Source: an uncultured Desulfobacter sp. (GTDB lineage Bacteria > Desulfobacterota > Desulfobacteria > Desulfobacterales > Desulfobacteraceae). Taken from it: a stretch of 64,000 nt of DNA. A model generated the notes under the pieces. The model ran no database searches. It was not told where the DNA came from and saw nothing but the letters and a program-made list of their open reading frames with translations. The stretch spans positions 1,856,001-1,920,000 of the forward strand of contig OY762069.1 of assembly GCA_963665095.1 (NCBI GenBank). The letters run 5' to 3'. The position numbers and the translations under genes were made by a program. Positions 19,250 through 29,720 of the stretch are shown in pieces (the stretch's first letter is position 1; every line of letters starts with the position of its first letter).

Positions 19250-19987
19250 TTACTTTACAGCCATCATAGAGGCAAAATTAAACCATTTCAGCCAGAGATT
19301 GAATGAGGAAAACCCAGCCTTTTTGATACGCTGTTCATGCTCGGCTACGGATTCAGGGATCAGCACCTTTTCCAAGGCATCCCGCTTCTGACTGATTTCA
19401 AGATTGGTATATCCGTTCTCCCGTTTAAACTGGAAATATGTCTCCTGTTCGAGCTTATTAAGGTCCTGGTCCGGATGAACTGTTTTTTCCGTTAACAGCA
19501 TTACCCCGCCCTTATTCAAACCATCATAAACAGACTGGACAAGCTGATCTCTTTTTTCAGGATCCAGAAACTGTAATGTCAGGTTAATGACCACAATTGA
19601 GGCATTGGTGATATGTATATCCTCAATATGTCCACATACCAGGTCAATGCAGGTACTACCCGGATGGGCATGAAGCCGTTTTTTATATCTTTGAATCATG
19701 GGCATGGAACTGTCCACACCGATCAACCTGAAAGGCGTCGAACCAAAACAGTCTGACAGCAGAATGCCAAAGTTTCCATGGGAACATCCCAGATCAAAAA
19801 TATTTGTACCGGGTTTGTAATAGTGGTGACTGATCCTGACCTGCTGTTTTAATGTCTCTCCATATAAAGGGACAGACCTGACCAGCATATCGTCAAACAC
19901 CCGGGCCACCTTTTCGCTGAACCGGAAGGGAGTAATAGTGGTTAGTTTATTTGAAAACACCTTATCTTTAAACATAATACTGTCCAT
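19250..19987 (-). CDS. cmoA: Carboxy-S-adenosyl-L-methionine synthase CmoA
   Basis: FRFSEKVARVFDDMLVRSVPLY, DLGCSHG, NLTLQFL, EISQKRDALEKVL and WFNFAS motifs. Confidence 0.93.
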   Translation of the reverse strand: MDSIMFKDKVFSNKLTTITPFRFSEKVARVFDDMLVRSVPLYGETLKQQVRISHHYYKPGTNIFDLGCSHGNFGILLSDCFGSTPFRLIGVDSSMPMIQRYKKRLHAHPGSTCIDLVCGHIEDIHITNASIVVINLTLQFLDPEKRDQLVQSVYDGLNKGGVMLLTEKTVHPDQDLNKLEQETYFQFKRENGYTNLEISQKRDALEKVLIPESVAEHEQRIKKAGFSSFNLWLKWFNFASMMAVK

Positions 19988-20235
19988 TTAAATCGGCCGG
20001 TTATACCCTATTTGGTAGTTTTTCGCAAGGTCGTCTTTCAATTTGATTTTTCCATCACACAGGCTCATCTCTGACACCCGGAATTGTTCCCGATTAAGGG
20101 ATGAATAAAACAGGACAAGGGTTTGTGGCTGTTTCATTGCTTGACTGTTATGGAACACAATGATATTTTCAGCTAGTCATATCTGAAGAAAAGCAATTCA
20201 CAACATTCCAGGCAAATGAATCAGGAGGTCAGGGC

Positions 20236-21375
20236 ATGGAAATCATCGGCATTGATGTGGGTTTCGGTTTTACCAAAGCTTATAACGGCCATAAGTCTGT
20301 TATTTTTAAATCCCTGATCGGCGACGCTGCCGACATCCAGTTCAGGTCATCCTTAGGGGACAGCGCAGCGACTGCCAACCTCCATATTACACTTGATAAC
20401 AAAACCTATTTTCTGGGTTCCTATGCAGAAAGTCAGTCCAATATTGCTGAGTACACGCTTGATCAGCACAAAATGGTGGAAGAATTTATTAAAATTCTGG
20501 CCATTGCTGCGGTGGGCATCTGCAGTTCGGAACAAGATGCGATTAATGTGGTTACAGGCCTTCCTGTAACTTACCTTAAGCGGGACAGCAAGCGATTCAA
20601 GCAGATTATCCAGGGTGAACACGAAATCATTTACCATCACCAGGATCGGCCGGATGAACGCAAAAAAATCAACATTGATAAAGTGCATGTTATTCCCCAG
20701 CCCATCGGATCTATTTTCAACCTGATTTTTGATGACCAGGGCAGAATTTGCGACCGGGCTTTAGCAGCATCCAAACTCGGGGTTGTGGATATTGGATATA
20801 AAACAACGGATTTTTCCATTTTTGATCATCTCCAGTATATTGAAAGGGGATCTTCAACCATGGACACCGGGATTTCAAAATGTTTTTCAGGGATTGCCGC
20901 CAAGCTTCGCCAGGAGAGCGGCATTAACGTTGAGTTATATAAAATTTTCAAATTTATTGATTCCGGGATAATTAAAATAAAAGGCCGGGAATACAACATT
21001 GTAAACCTGAAGAAAAGAGTATACACCCATGCGGCATCTGCCATCGCGTCGGATTTGAATCGGCTGTGGGAAAATGACTGGGATATTGATTCAATCATCA
21101 TTTCCGGCGGCGGATCTATTCCCCTGGCCGAATATTTGATCCCGGAAATAGAAGGCAGTGTCATTCCCATACCTAAAAGCATTGATGCTCGTTTTAATAA
21201 TGTTCAGGGCTATTGCAAATTTGGTTATTACAAATGGGGTAAAGATAAAATTATTCCGGCGGTTCCTGCGCCTGCCCCCAAGCAAGGAACACCGGAAACG
21301 GCAGATGAAACCACTGAAACAGAAGATTCTGAAAAATCTGGAAAGGGACTTGCCTGGCTCAGGCGGCAGGGTTAA
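20236..21375 (+). CDS. ParM/StbA-family actin-like ATPase
   Basis: Phosphate-1 GIDVGFGFTK, VVTGLP, VIPQPIG, phosphate-2 VVDIGYKTTD, adenosine motif ISGGGS, NVQGY. Confidence 0.9.
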   Translation: MEIIGIDVGFGFTKAYNGHKSVIFKSLIGDAADIQFRSSLGDSAATANLHITLDNKTYFLGSYAESQSNIAEYTLDQHKMVEEFIKILAIAAVGICSSEQDAINVVTGLPVTYLKRDSKRFKQIIQGEHEIIYHHQDRPDERKKINIDKVHVIPQPIGSIFNLIFDDQGRICDRALAASKLGVVDIGYKTTDFSIFDHLQYIERGSSTMDTGISKCFSGIAAKLRQESGINVELYKIFKFIDSGIIKIKGREYNIVNLKKRVYTHAASAIASDLNRLWENDWDIDSIIISGGGSIPLAEYLIPEIEGSVIPIPKSIDARFNNVQGYCKFGYYKWGKDKIIPAVPAPAPKQGTPETADETTETEDSEKSGKGLAWLRRQG

Positions 21376-21384
21376 CGTTTTTAT

Positions 21385-22149
21385 ATGAACATCGATGCTT
21401 TAACCAAGGTATTAAGCGCTGTGGCTGACGGCGCACTTCCTGTTGAGCGGGCTGTTGACCAGCTTCAACATCTCCCCTTTGAAGATATCGGACTGGCCCA
21501 TGTGGACCACCACCGGAGTCTGAGAAAAGGCTTTCCCGAAGTCATTTTTGGTCAGGGAAAAACCTCGGAACAAATCATTGCCATCCTTGATAAAATTCAG
21601 ACCGTAGAAAATATCGTACTTGTTACCCGCATAGACAGCAAAAAAGCCGCAAAGGTGATGGTACAATTCCCCAGTGCCCAATACTTTGACCAGGCACATC
21701 TGCTCAAAATCGAAACTCGGCCGCCTGAGATAACCGGACAAGGCACCATTCTGATCATCAGCGCTGGCACCTCTGATATACCGGTGGCTGAGGAGGCGGT
21801 TCTGACTGCCCGGGCCATGGGCAATGAGGTTAAGACCATTTACGACGTAGGCGTGGCCGGCATTCATCGCCTGTTCGCCCATCACCAGGAGTTGAAACAA
21901 GCTGCAGTAATTGTTGTTGTTGCCGGCATGGAAGGGGCGTTGCCCTCAGTGGTGGGCGGCCTGGTCAATGCCCCGGTAATTGCTGTGCCTACAAGCATTG
22001 GGTACGGTGCCAGTTTGAACGGCATCACAGCACTTTTAGGGATGCTGAACTCCTGCAGTTCCAATATTGCTGTTGTAAATATTGATAATGGATTCGGGGC
22101 TGGTTACATGGCTTCCACAATCAATCATGTGGGAATGGATCGCGTTTGA
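21385..22149 (+). CDS. larB: Nickel-pincer cofactor biosynthesis protein LarB (AIR-carboxylase-like)
   Basis: DHHRSLRKGFPEVIFGQGKT, AGTSDIPVAEEA, DVGVAGIHRL, AGMEGALPS, PTSIGYG and VVNIDNGFGA motifs. Confidence 0.93.
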   Translation: MNIDALTKVLSAVADGALPVERAVDQLQHLPFEDIGLAHVDHHRSLRKGFPEVIFGQGKTSEQIIAILDKIQTVENIVLVTRIDSKKAAKVMVQFPSAQYFDQAHLLKIETRPPEITGQGTILIISAGTSDIPVAEEAVLTARAMGNEVKTIYDVGVAGIHRLFAHHQELKQAAVIVVVAGMEGALPSVVGGLVNAPVIAVPTSIGYGASLNGITALLGMLNSCSSNIAVVNIDNGFGAGYMASTINHVGMDRV

Positions 22150-22233
22150 AAAAAAAGTCACGCCTGTGTTGTGTGACAGAATAATTTTCACCTTGCCAGT
22201 TTGAGGCATAGCTGTTTATTTTCGTAAAATATT

Positions 22234-23382
22234 TTAAATCTGGCGACGCAGATCCAGTGCTTCCTTGTTCGAGGGTTCTATTCTTAAAATCCGATTCAGA
22301 TAATCATCTGCCTGAAGCACCTGTTTGTTATTAAAATAGAGTTTTGCGATCTGAAGTTTGGTTTTGACATCACCTCTGCGGTTTTCATCAACATTGAGAA
22401 AACACTCAAGGGCCTTTTCATGGTCACCGGTTTCAAGGTATATGGTGCCGGCCTTATACATCAAATCAAGATTGGCAGGGTTGTCCTTAATTGCCTGGGT
22501 GACAACCTGGGCAACAAATTCATACTCCTGATTTTCAAGGCAGATATCAATAATTCTTTCCTGGATCAACCGATTGCCACGGCTTTTAGCCATAACCCGT
22601 GAAAAAAGTACTTTTCCCTCTTTTCTAAACCCGTTCACCAGGAGTGTCTCCCCCAGGTGAACCGCTGAATCAAAATACCGGGTGCTCAGTGATACAATTT
22701 CCATGTATACCTGGGCCGCCTGTTTAAAGTCCCGACTGTCAATATAAAATTTAGCCAGATGACTTCGTGAGATGGTGTCCTGCTTGTTCACGGCAACCGC
22801 TTTCTGAAGACATTTTTCGCCGATCTCAGCTTTATGAGATTCAAGGTAAAGCAGGCCAAGTTTTCTTAAAATTCTTGATGCTGAGGGCTTGAATCTTAAC
22901 GCATTTCTGGTTGCATCAATGGCGCCTTCAATATTTCCTGACTCTTCACAGGTTCTTGCCTCAAGCATATGCAATTTAGCCTTGTCAGGATGATTGACCG
23001 CCTCCACAACGCTTCGTATTTTGAAATCCAGAGAAGCAAGGGTCAAGGGCTTAAGCAGATAACCGTCAATTTCATGCTCTGCCGCCTCTGACACAATATC
23101 ACGTTCGTTTTCTGCGGTAACCATGATAACCGGCAGATCCCGAAGGTCTTTATCGTGGCGCAGGTGGGCCAGCATCTGGCTGCCGTTCATTTCCGGCATA
23201 TTCCAGTCAACAATCACCAGATCACAGGAAGTATTTTTTAAAATATTTAAACCGGCCTTGCCGTTTTCTGCAAACAGGAGGTTTTTCCCGATTTCAAGAT
23301 TCCTAAGCATCTTGCGCAGAGTCAGGCGCATGCTCTTCATATCGTCTACCACCAGAATGGTCATGGTGTTTAAATCAATCAT
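22234..23382 (-). CDS. Response regulator (CheY-like receiver + TPR repeats)
   Basis: ILVVDD…VDWNMP…VTAE…LKP receiver followed by helical TPR-like repeats. Confidence 0.9.
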   Translation of the reverse strand: MIDLNTMTILVVDDMKSMRLTLRKMLRNLEIGKNLLFAENGKAGLNILKNTSCDLVIVDWNMPEMNGSQMLAHLRHDKDLRDLPVIMVTAENERDIVSEAAEHEIDGYLLKPLTLASLDFKIRSVVEAVNHPDKAKLHMLEARTCEESGNIEGAIDATRNALRFKPSASRILRKLGLLYLESHKAEIGEKCLQKAVAVNKQDTISRSHLAKFYIDSRDFKQAAQVYMEIVSLSTRYFDSAVHLGETLLVNGFRKEGKVLFSRVMAKSRGNRLIQERIIDICLENQEYEFVAQVVTQAIKDNPANLDLMYKAGTIYLETGDHEKALECFLNVDENRRGDVKTKLQIAKLYFNNKQVLQADDYLNRILRIEPSNKEALDLRRQI

Positions 23383-25946
23383 ATTTGCGCTTCCTGAATA
23401 AACCGGTTCAAGTGGCCTTTAATCAGATCCGGCACAACCAACGCATCAGGCAGTTGGTCATCCGCTGCCATGGTTTCAATCTCAAAGGCGGCATGGCTCA
23501 GTTGCTCTGCGTTTACATTGGCTGCAGCGCCCTTTAGCGCATGGGCACAGGCCCTGACGGTTTCGGGGTCTGGATTGTCATCGAGAATGGCTGCCAGAAG
23601 ATTGTCCACAAGCTCTTCCGCCTCCTGGAAAAATGATTCCAATACGTCATCGGCAAGTTCTTCGTCATTGCCAAAGCGCTCAAATAATCCTGCCTGATCA
23701 AACACAGCCAAAGCCCTTGGCAATGAAACCGAATCCGCACCCAGGAGTGCACTTTTTTCAGGGGCAGGCTCGGTGTCAGATACAGGTATATCATTGCTTT
23801 TTTGTGTCAAATTGCCGGCATCTTGTCTGCCGGCTTTGAACTCTTCTATTATTGCCGCCAAGGCCTGGGGATTCACAGGCTTGGAAAGAAAATCGTTCAT
23901 GCCTGCATTTATACAGGTTTGTCTGTCTTTTTCAAAGGCATTTCCGGTCATGGCAATAATCGGCGTTGCAATTCGCTGCTCAGTTTGTTCAAACTCCCTG
24001 ATCCGGCGGCTGGTTTCATATCCGTCCATAACCGGCATCTGGCAGTCCATAAGAATCAGATCGTACCGGTTGTTTTTCACCTTTTCCAGCGCCATTTCTC
24101 CGTTGGAAGCGGCGTCCGTCTGATATCCCTGCTTTCTTATAAGCGCCTGGGCCGTTAGCACATTGGTTTCGATATCATCTACAATTAAAATTTTAAATGC
24201 CTGCTTTTCGCGTTCAGCAAGGGCATACCTGGTTATAATAGCCCGGTTGGCCGCCTGATTTGGAGAAGAAAGAACCAGGCGGATGGCATCCTGAAGGATG
24301 GTGCCGTCCAAAGGATAACTTAAAAACGCTGAAAAGCCTAAATCTTCAAACTCCCTGGCATCCCCTTTTTTGCCTATGGCAGTGACAATCATGCGTCGGA
24401 TCTCTTTTAATTCAGCATGTTCGCTAAAGGTTTTGCCTAAAGCCCTTGCATACCGGTCAGACTCACTGACCTCCATGATCACCACATGGAAGGGGGTAGC
24501 AGTGTCTTTTGCAAAAAGAACAAGATCTGTAATCTTGTCATGCGTGCAAGTTTCATAAGACGCTTTGATTCGGTCCAGCGCCTTTATAAGTCTGGAGCTT
24601 GGTTCAGGGCCGTCTGAAACAGCTGCCACCCGAATCTGATCCAGGGGGATAGAAGACAGATCCAGGGCCACCTCTTCGGGCGGCTGTTTTTTAAATGGCA
24701 CTTCAAACCAGAATGTTGACCCGATCATTTCAATGCTGTCAGCACCGACTTGTCCGCCCATCATTTCAATAAACATTTTACAAATGGAGAGGCCAAGCCC
24801 TGTGCCGCCAAATCGTTTGGTAATAGAAGAATCGGCCTGGACAAACGGGGTAAAAAGCCCTTTGAGCACCTCCTCACCAATCCCTATGCCGGTATCATCA
24901 ACGCTGAAATGAACCAGCGCCTGATCATCGGTATCATCTTTCAGTGTGACATTAAGACTCACGGACCCGGACTCCGTAAATTTGATGGCATTGCCGGTGA
25001 AATTTAAAATCACCTGGCGGATACGGCCGATATCCCCTTTTAAAAGCCTTGGCACATCCGTATCAATATTATAATAAAAATCAAGCCCCTTCTGTCTTGC
25101 CTGCAGTTCGGGCAAAGAGACAATATCCTTTACGGCAATATCCAGATCAAATGGCCGGATATCCAGCTCAATCTTACCAGCTTCGATTTTGGACAGATCC
25201 AGAATATCATTGACTATCGTTAACAGGGCTTTAGCGCTGTTATAGGCAATGTCAGCATGACGCCGCTGTTCAGCGTCAAGATCAGAGTCCAGAAGCACAT
25301 GAATCATACCTAAAACCCCGTTCATGGGATTTCGTATTTCATGGCTCATATTGGCTAAAAATCTGTCCTTTACTTCAATTGCGTTTTTAGCCTCCTCCAT
25401 GACTTTCTCCGACTCCTGCCGGATCATATTCATCTCTTTGGTCTGACGCCGTAAAGTTTTAGCCAGAGCCTGCTGTTTGTTGTGCAAAAGAATAAAAACA
25501 GACCCAAGGCCTGCGAACAAAACAGCCAGATAAATCATACGGTATTCATTCAAATTTAAGAGACCAGGCCCCCAGGACGGTCCGAAATAAAAGAAAACTA
25601 CCAGGGATGCTATAATAAAAAAACAGATGAACAGATCGCTTCTGTCCTCCATAAAAATACCGGCTGACAGGCAGAAAATAAACAGATAAAGGCCGGGACT
25701 GAAAATGCCGCCGGTAAAACAGACAAAAAAAGTTGTATATGCAATAAATACAAGCCCAACCGTCAATGCTTTGAACTTGGGTCGGGCATCCAATAAATAA
25801 TTTGCCGCCCAGATCATACAGATGGCTGCAATACCAGGGCCGATCATACTTAAGGCACCGGCATACAAACATAGTCCTGTCAAACTGAGTACAATGCCTG
25901 TCATTATCAATGACAGCCAAATTTGAATGTGTCTGTATGTTATCAT
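23379..25946 (-). CDS. Membrane-bound hybrid histidine kinase (multi-TM, HisKA, HATPase, degenerate REC, REC, Hpt)
   Basis: FLANMSHEIRNPMNG, NFTGNAIKFT, GGTGLGL, LMDCQMP and Hpt AHALKGAAAN motifs; 4-nt overlap with the downstream regulator. Confidence 0.94.
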   Translation of the reverse strand: MITYRHIQIWLSLIMTGIVLSLTGLCLYAGALSMIGPGIAAICMIWAANYLLDARPKFKALTVGLVFIAYTTFFVCFTGGIFSPGLYLFIFCLSAGIFMEDRSDLFICFFIIASLVVFFYFGPSWGPGLLNLNEYRMIYLAVLFAGLGSVFILLHNKQQALAKTLRRQTKEMNMIRQESEKVMEEAKNAIEVKDRFLANMSHEIRNPMNGVLGMIHVLLDSDLDAEQRRHADIAYNSAKALLTIVNDILDLSKIEAGKIELDIRPFDLDIAVKDIVSLPELQARQKGLDFYYNIDTDVPRLLKGDIGRIRQVILNFTGNAIKFTESGSVSLNVTLKDDTDDQALVHFSVDDTGIGIGEEVLKGLFTPFVQADSSITKRFGGTGLGLSICKMFIEMMGGQVGADSIEMIGSTFWFEVPFKKQPPEEVALDLSSIPLDQIRVAAVSDGPEPSSRLIKALDRIKASYETCTHDKITDLVLFAKDTATPFHVVIMEVSESDRYARALGKTFSEHAELKEIRRMIVTAIGKKGDAREFEDLGFSAFLSYPLDGTILQDAIRLVLSSPNQAANRAIITRYALAEREKQAFKILIVDDIETNVLTAQALIRKQGYQTDAASNGEMALEKVKNNRYDLILMDCQMPVMDGYETSRRIREFEQTEQRIATPIIAMTGNAFEKDRQTCINAGMNDFLSKPVNPQALAAIIEEFKAGRQDAGNLTQKSNDIPVSDTEPAPEKSALLGADSVSLPRALAVFDQAGLFERFGNDEELADDVLESFFQEAEELVDNLLAAILDDNPDPETVRACAHALKGAAANVNAEQLSHAAFEIETMAADDQLPDALVVPDLIKGHLNRFIQEAQI

Positions 25947-26090
25947 GGGACCTGGCTTTTAATTGTGTAAATTTATTATGGAGTGGAAGTCGTTCAATAA
26001 TAACCAGGCAAAAGATTGAATGTCAATTGTAAATACCGGCATTTACCCTGAACAGGGATTATTTAATTTTAATAAGCTTTTGTTTTTTTC

Positions 26091-26117
26091 TTGACAGCTG
26101 TGTAATTAATATATAAT
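26091..26117 (+). promoter_or_regulatory. Sigma-70-type promoter of the ilv-leu operon
   Basis: TTGACA at 26091 and TATAAT at 26112. The spacer is only 15 nt, so the exact -10 register is uncertain. Confidence 0.55.
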
Positions 26118-26145
26118 TAATCTTCTTAAGTAAAAGTGAATTATT

Positions 26146-26241
26146 ATGATTAGAATAAATAGCCAAAATATTATCAGCAGCCTGGTGGTCCTTATTATCG
26201 TGGAGGTGATTCTTGTCACCTCCTGGCGAAGGGGCGATTAG
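26146..26241 (+). CDS. Branched-chain amino-acid attenuator leader peptide (MIRINSQNIISSLVVLIIVEVILVTSWRRGD)
   Basis: 31 aa with 15 Ile/Leu/Val; 11 of 12 consecutive codons are ILV. Lies directly upstream of a terminator and ilvD. Confidence 0.88.
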   Translation: MIRINSQNIISSLVVLIIVEVILVTSWRRGD

Positions 26242-26261
26242 TGGCTTAAACTGATTGGATT

Positions 26262-26307
26262 AAAAAAGCCGTTACCAGCCCCGAAGGGGGGCGGTAACGG
26301 CTTTTTT
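26262..26307 (+). terminator. Attenuator terminator upstream of ilvD
   Basis: AAAAAAGCCGTTACC…GGTAACGGCTTTTTT inverted repeat with a U-tract, about 20 nt before the ilvD start. Confidence 0.9.
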
Positions 26308-26328
26308 GCTTTTAGGAGAGTAACAAAA

Positions 26329-27999
26329 ATGATGAGAAGTCATATTGCAACCCGTGGTGTGGCAAGAGCCCCCCATCGTGGCCTGCTTAAAGCCCTGGGC
26401 TACACGGACAAAGAGATTGAACGGCCATGGATCGGCATTGCCAATTCCGCCAATGAACTGATACCCGGACATATGCACCTGGATAATATTGTTAAGGCCG
26501 TAAAAACCGGCATCAGCCTTGCCGGCGGCACACCCATGGAGTTTTCCACCATTGGGGTCTGTGACGGCATTGCCATGAATCACACCGGCATGCACTACTC
26601 TTTAGGGTCACGGGAGCTGATTGCCGACAGCATTGAAGTCAGTGCGACGGCCCACCCCTTTGATGCCATTGTTATGGTGCCCAACTGCGATAAAATTGTT
26701 CCGGGCATGCTCATGGCCGCGGCCCGGCTTAATATCCCCACCATTTTTATCAGTGGCGGACCCATGCTTGCGGGCCGCCACCCCCGGGACAGATCAAAAA
26801 AGGTGGACCTGATCACCATCTTTGAGGCAGTGGGTGCCGTCAAAACAGGCAAAATGACCGAGGAAGAACTGCTGGAGATGGAAAATGCAGGTTGCCCCAC
26901 CTGCGGTTCCTGTTCCGGCATGTTTACAGCCAACTCCATGAACTGCCTGACCGAGGCCATTGGCATGGCCCTGCCTGGAAACGGCACCATCCCCGCCCCT
27001 ATGTCCAGCCGTCTGCGCCTGGCAAAAGAGGCTGGTATGCAGATCATGGAACTGCTGGAAAAAAATATTACCCCGGACAAGATCATGACCAAAGAGGCGT
27101 TTATGAACGCCCTTGCTGTGGATATGGCCCTGGGATGTTCAACCAACACCGTTCTGCATCTCAAAGGCATTGCTTCGGAAGCCGGTGTTGATATCCCGCT
27201 GGAACTGATCAATGAGGTCAGTAAAAAAACACCCCATCTGTGCTCCTTAAGCCCCGGGGGAAAAGATCATATTGAAGACCTTGACGGTGCCGGCGGTATC
27301 CAGGCGGTGATGAAAGAGCTCTGTGACAACGGCATGATCAACACAGGCCTAATTACAGCCACGGGGAAAACTATTGCCCAAAACCTTGAAAATGCAAAAA
27401 TTCTGGATACAGACATCATCCGTCCGGTGGCAGATCCCTATCATAGGGAAGGCGGCCTGGCCGTACTTTTCGGCAACCTGGCCGAAGAAGGCTGTGTGGT
27501 CAAACAGTCGGCCGTACTGCCCGAAATGATGACCCATCAGGGTCCGTCCCGGGTATTCAACAGTGAGGAAGATGCCTCTGCGGCTATTATGGCACGGCAG
27601 ATCAATCCTGGCGATGTCATTGTGATCCGGTACGAAGGACCTGCCGGAGGACCCGGCATGCGGGAGATGCTGACACCAACCTCCGCCATTGCCGGTATGG
27701 GCCTGGATGACAGATGTGCATTAATTACAGACGGCCGGTTCTCAGGGGGCACCAAAGGTGCCAGCATCGGGCATGTCTCTCCGGAGGCGGCCCAGGGTGG
27801 CCTTATAGCCCTGGTGAAAGAAGGCGACCAGATCCGCATTGACATTCCCAATAAAACCATAGAACTGCTGGTGCCGCAGGATGAGATTGACCGGCGCAGG
27901 GTTGAGTGGAAAAAACCGGAACCCAAAATTAAAACAGGCTATATGGCCCGCTATGCCAGGATGGTGACATCTGCCGGCAACGGGGCGGTGTTTAAATAA
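26329..27999 (+). CDS. ilvD: Dihydroxy-acid dehydratase
   Basis: [41 protein letters not shown] and TDGRFSG motifs. Confidence 0.98.
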   Translation: MMRSHIATRGVARAPHRGLLKALGYTDKEIERPWIGIANSANELIPGHMHLDNIVKAVKTGISLAGGTPMEFSTIGVCDGIAMNHTGMHYSLGSRELIADSIEVSATAHPFDAIVMVPNCDKIVPGMLMAAARLNIPTIFISGGPMLAGRHPRDRSKKVDLITIFEAVGAVKTGKMTEEELLEMENAGCPTCGSCSGMFTANSMNCLTEAIGMALPGNGTIPAPMSSRLRLAKEAGMQIMELLEKNITPDKIMTKEAFMNALAVDMALGCSTNTVLHLKGIASEAGVDIPLELINEVSKKTPHLCSLSPGGKDHIEDLDGAGGIQAVMKELCDNGMINTGLITATGKTIAQNLENAKILDTDIIRPVADPYHREGGLAVLFGNLAEEGCVVKQSAVLPEMMTHQGPSRVFNSEEDASAAIMARQINPGDVIVIRYEGPAGGPGMREMLTPTSAIAGMGLDDRCALITDGRFSGGTKGASIGHVSPEAAQGGLIALVKEGDQIRIDIPNKTIELLVPQDEIDRRRVEWKKPEPKIKTGYMARYARMVTSAGNGAVFK

Positions 28000-28009
28000 G
28001 GAGAGAACC

Positions 28010-29704
28010 ATGAAAATGACAGGGGCAGAAATCCTCATTCATATGATCAAGGCCCAGGGGGTTGACACTATCTTTGGATACCCTGGCGGTGCCACCATTG
28101 ATCTTCACTGCGAAATCAGCAAACATGATGATCTTAAACATATTCTGGTCCGCCACGAGCAAGGGGCCGTACATATGGCCGATGCCTATGCCAGAGCCAA
28201 AAAGACAACAGGTGTGGCTTTGGTGACATCTGGCCCGGGGGCCACCAATACCGTAACAGGTCTTGCCTCAGCCCATTGTGATTCCATTCCCATAGTGGTT
28301 TTTACCGGACAGGTTCCCACAGGGCTTATCGGCAATGATGCCTTTCAGGAAGTGGATATTGTTGGCATTACCCGGCCCTGCACCAAGCATAACTATCTGG
28401 TAAAAGATCTTAATAAACTTGCCGCCATTATCCAGGAAGCCTTTTTCATTGCTAAATCAGGCCGTCCCGGACCGGTTCTGGTGGATCTGCCCAAGGATAT
28501 TATCCAGGCCCAGATCGAATTCCAAATGCCGGAACCGGTTAAAATGCGCACTTACAAGCCCAACTACAAACCCAATAAAAAGCAGATGAGCCGGGCGGTT
28601 GAGATGCTTAAAGAGGCACGCAGGCCGGTTATGTTTGCCGGCGGCGGGGTGATTTTATCCCGGGCAGGAGATGAATTCACCAAAATCGCACGGTACGCCA
28701 ATATTCCTGTTACGGCTTCTCTGATGGGACTTGGCGCCTTTCCAGGATCTGATCCCAACTGGCTTGGCATGCTTGGCATGCACGGTACGTACCGGGCCAA
28801 TATGAGCATCGGCCACAGTGACCTGATTTTCGCGGCCGGTGTCCGGTTTGACGACCGGGTTACAGGGAACCTGGAAAAATTTGCCAAGGGTGCAAAAATC
28901 ATTCAGATCGATATCGACCCCACCTCCATCCACAAAAACGTGGAGGTGGACTGCCCCATTGTGGGGGACTGCAAACTTGCCTTGGCCGGTATTGCTGAAC
29001 TGATGGAAAAGGAGCCGGCTGAGGCCTTTATGCAGGAGCGTGATCTCTGGCTGGACCGCATTGCTGAATGGAAACGCCTCTCCCCGCAGAAATATGACCA
29101 GTCCTTTGACACCATCAAGCCCCAGTATGTGGTTGAAAAGCTCTATGAAGTGACAAAAGGAGATGCCATTGTCACCACTGAAGTGGGCCAGAACCAGATG
29201 TGGGCTGCCCAGTATTACCATTTCGACAAGCCCAACCACTTTATCACCTCAGGGGGATTAGGGGTCATGGGGTTCGGCCTGCCGGCAGCTGTGGGGGCCA
29301 AGGCTGCAGCACCGGACAAATTAGTTGTATGCGTGGCCGGGGACGGCTCTGTCCAGATGAACTCCCAGGAGTTGATGACAGCGGTGGCCGCAGGTCTGGA
29401 TATTAAAATTGTTATCCTGAACAACCGCTTTCTTGGCATGGTCCGCCAGTGGCAGGAGTTTTTCTACGACAAGAACTATGCAGACACCAATCTTGAAAAC
29501 GCCCATCCGGATTTTGTGAAGCTGGCTGAGGCGTATGGCGCCAAAGGCTTCAGATGTGATGATCCGGCCAATGTCACCCAGACCCTTGAACAGGGGTTGA
29601 ATACAGCAGGCACCGTAATCATGGAATTTGTTGTTGAGCGGGAAGAATCGGTCTATCCCATGGTTCCGGCCGGCGGTGCCATTACTGATATGCTTTTAGT
29701 TTAA
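28010..29704 (+). CDS. ilvB: Acetolactate synthase large subunit
   Basis: FGYPGG, RHEQGA, TSGPGATN, DAFQE, GMLGMHG and TPP motif GDGS…NN…GMVRQWQ. Confidence 0.97.
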   Translation: MKMTGAEILIHMIKAQGVDTIFGYPGGATIDLHCEISKHDDLKHILVRHEQGAVHMADAYARAKKTTGVALVTSGPGATNTVTGLASAHCDSIPIVVFTGQVPTGLIGNDAFQEVDIVGITRPCTKHNYLVKDLNKLAAIIQEAFFIAKSGRPGPVLVDLPKDIIQAQIEFQMPEPVKMRTYKPNYKPNKKQMSRAVEMLKEARRPVMFAGGGVILSRAGDEFTKIARYANIPVTASLMGLGAFPGSDPNWLGMLGMHGTYRANMSIGHSDLIFAAGVRFDDRVTGNLEKFAKGAKIIQIDIDPTSIHKNVEVDCPIVGDCKLALAGIAELMEKEPAEAFMQERDLWLDRIAEWKRLSPQKYDQSFDTIKPQYVVEKLYEVTKGDAIVTTEVGQNQMWAAQYYHFDKPNHFITSGGLGVMGFGLPAAVGAKAAAPDKLVVCVAGDGSVQMNSQELMTAVAAGLDIKIVILNNRFLGMVRQWQEFFYDKNYADTNLENAHPDFVKLAEAYGAKGFRCDDPANVTQTLEQGLNTAGTVIMEFVVEREESVYPMVPAGGAITDMLLV

Positions 29705-29720
29705 ATCAAGGACAACCATC

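Noticed and set aside
20236..21375. ParA and ParM genes as evidence of an integrated plasmid
   Set aside because: No rep, relaxase, ParB/ParR or iterons were seen, and the flanking genes are chromosomal housekeeping genes.
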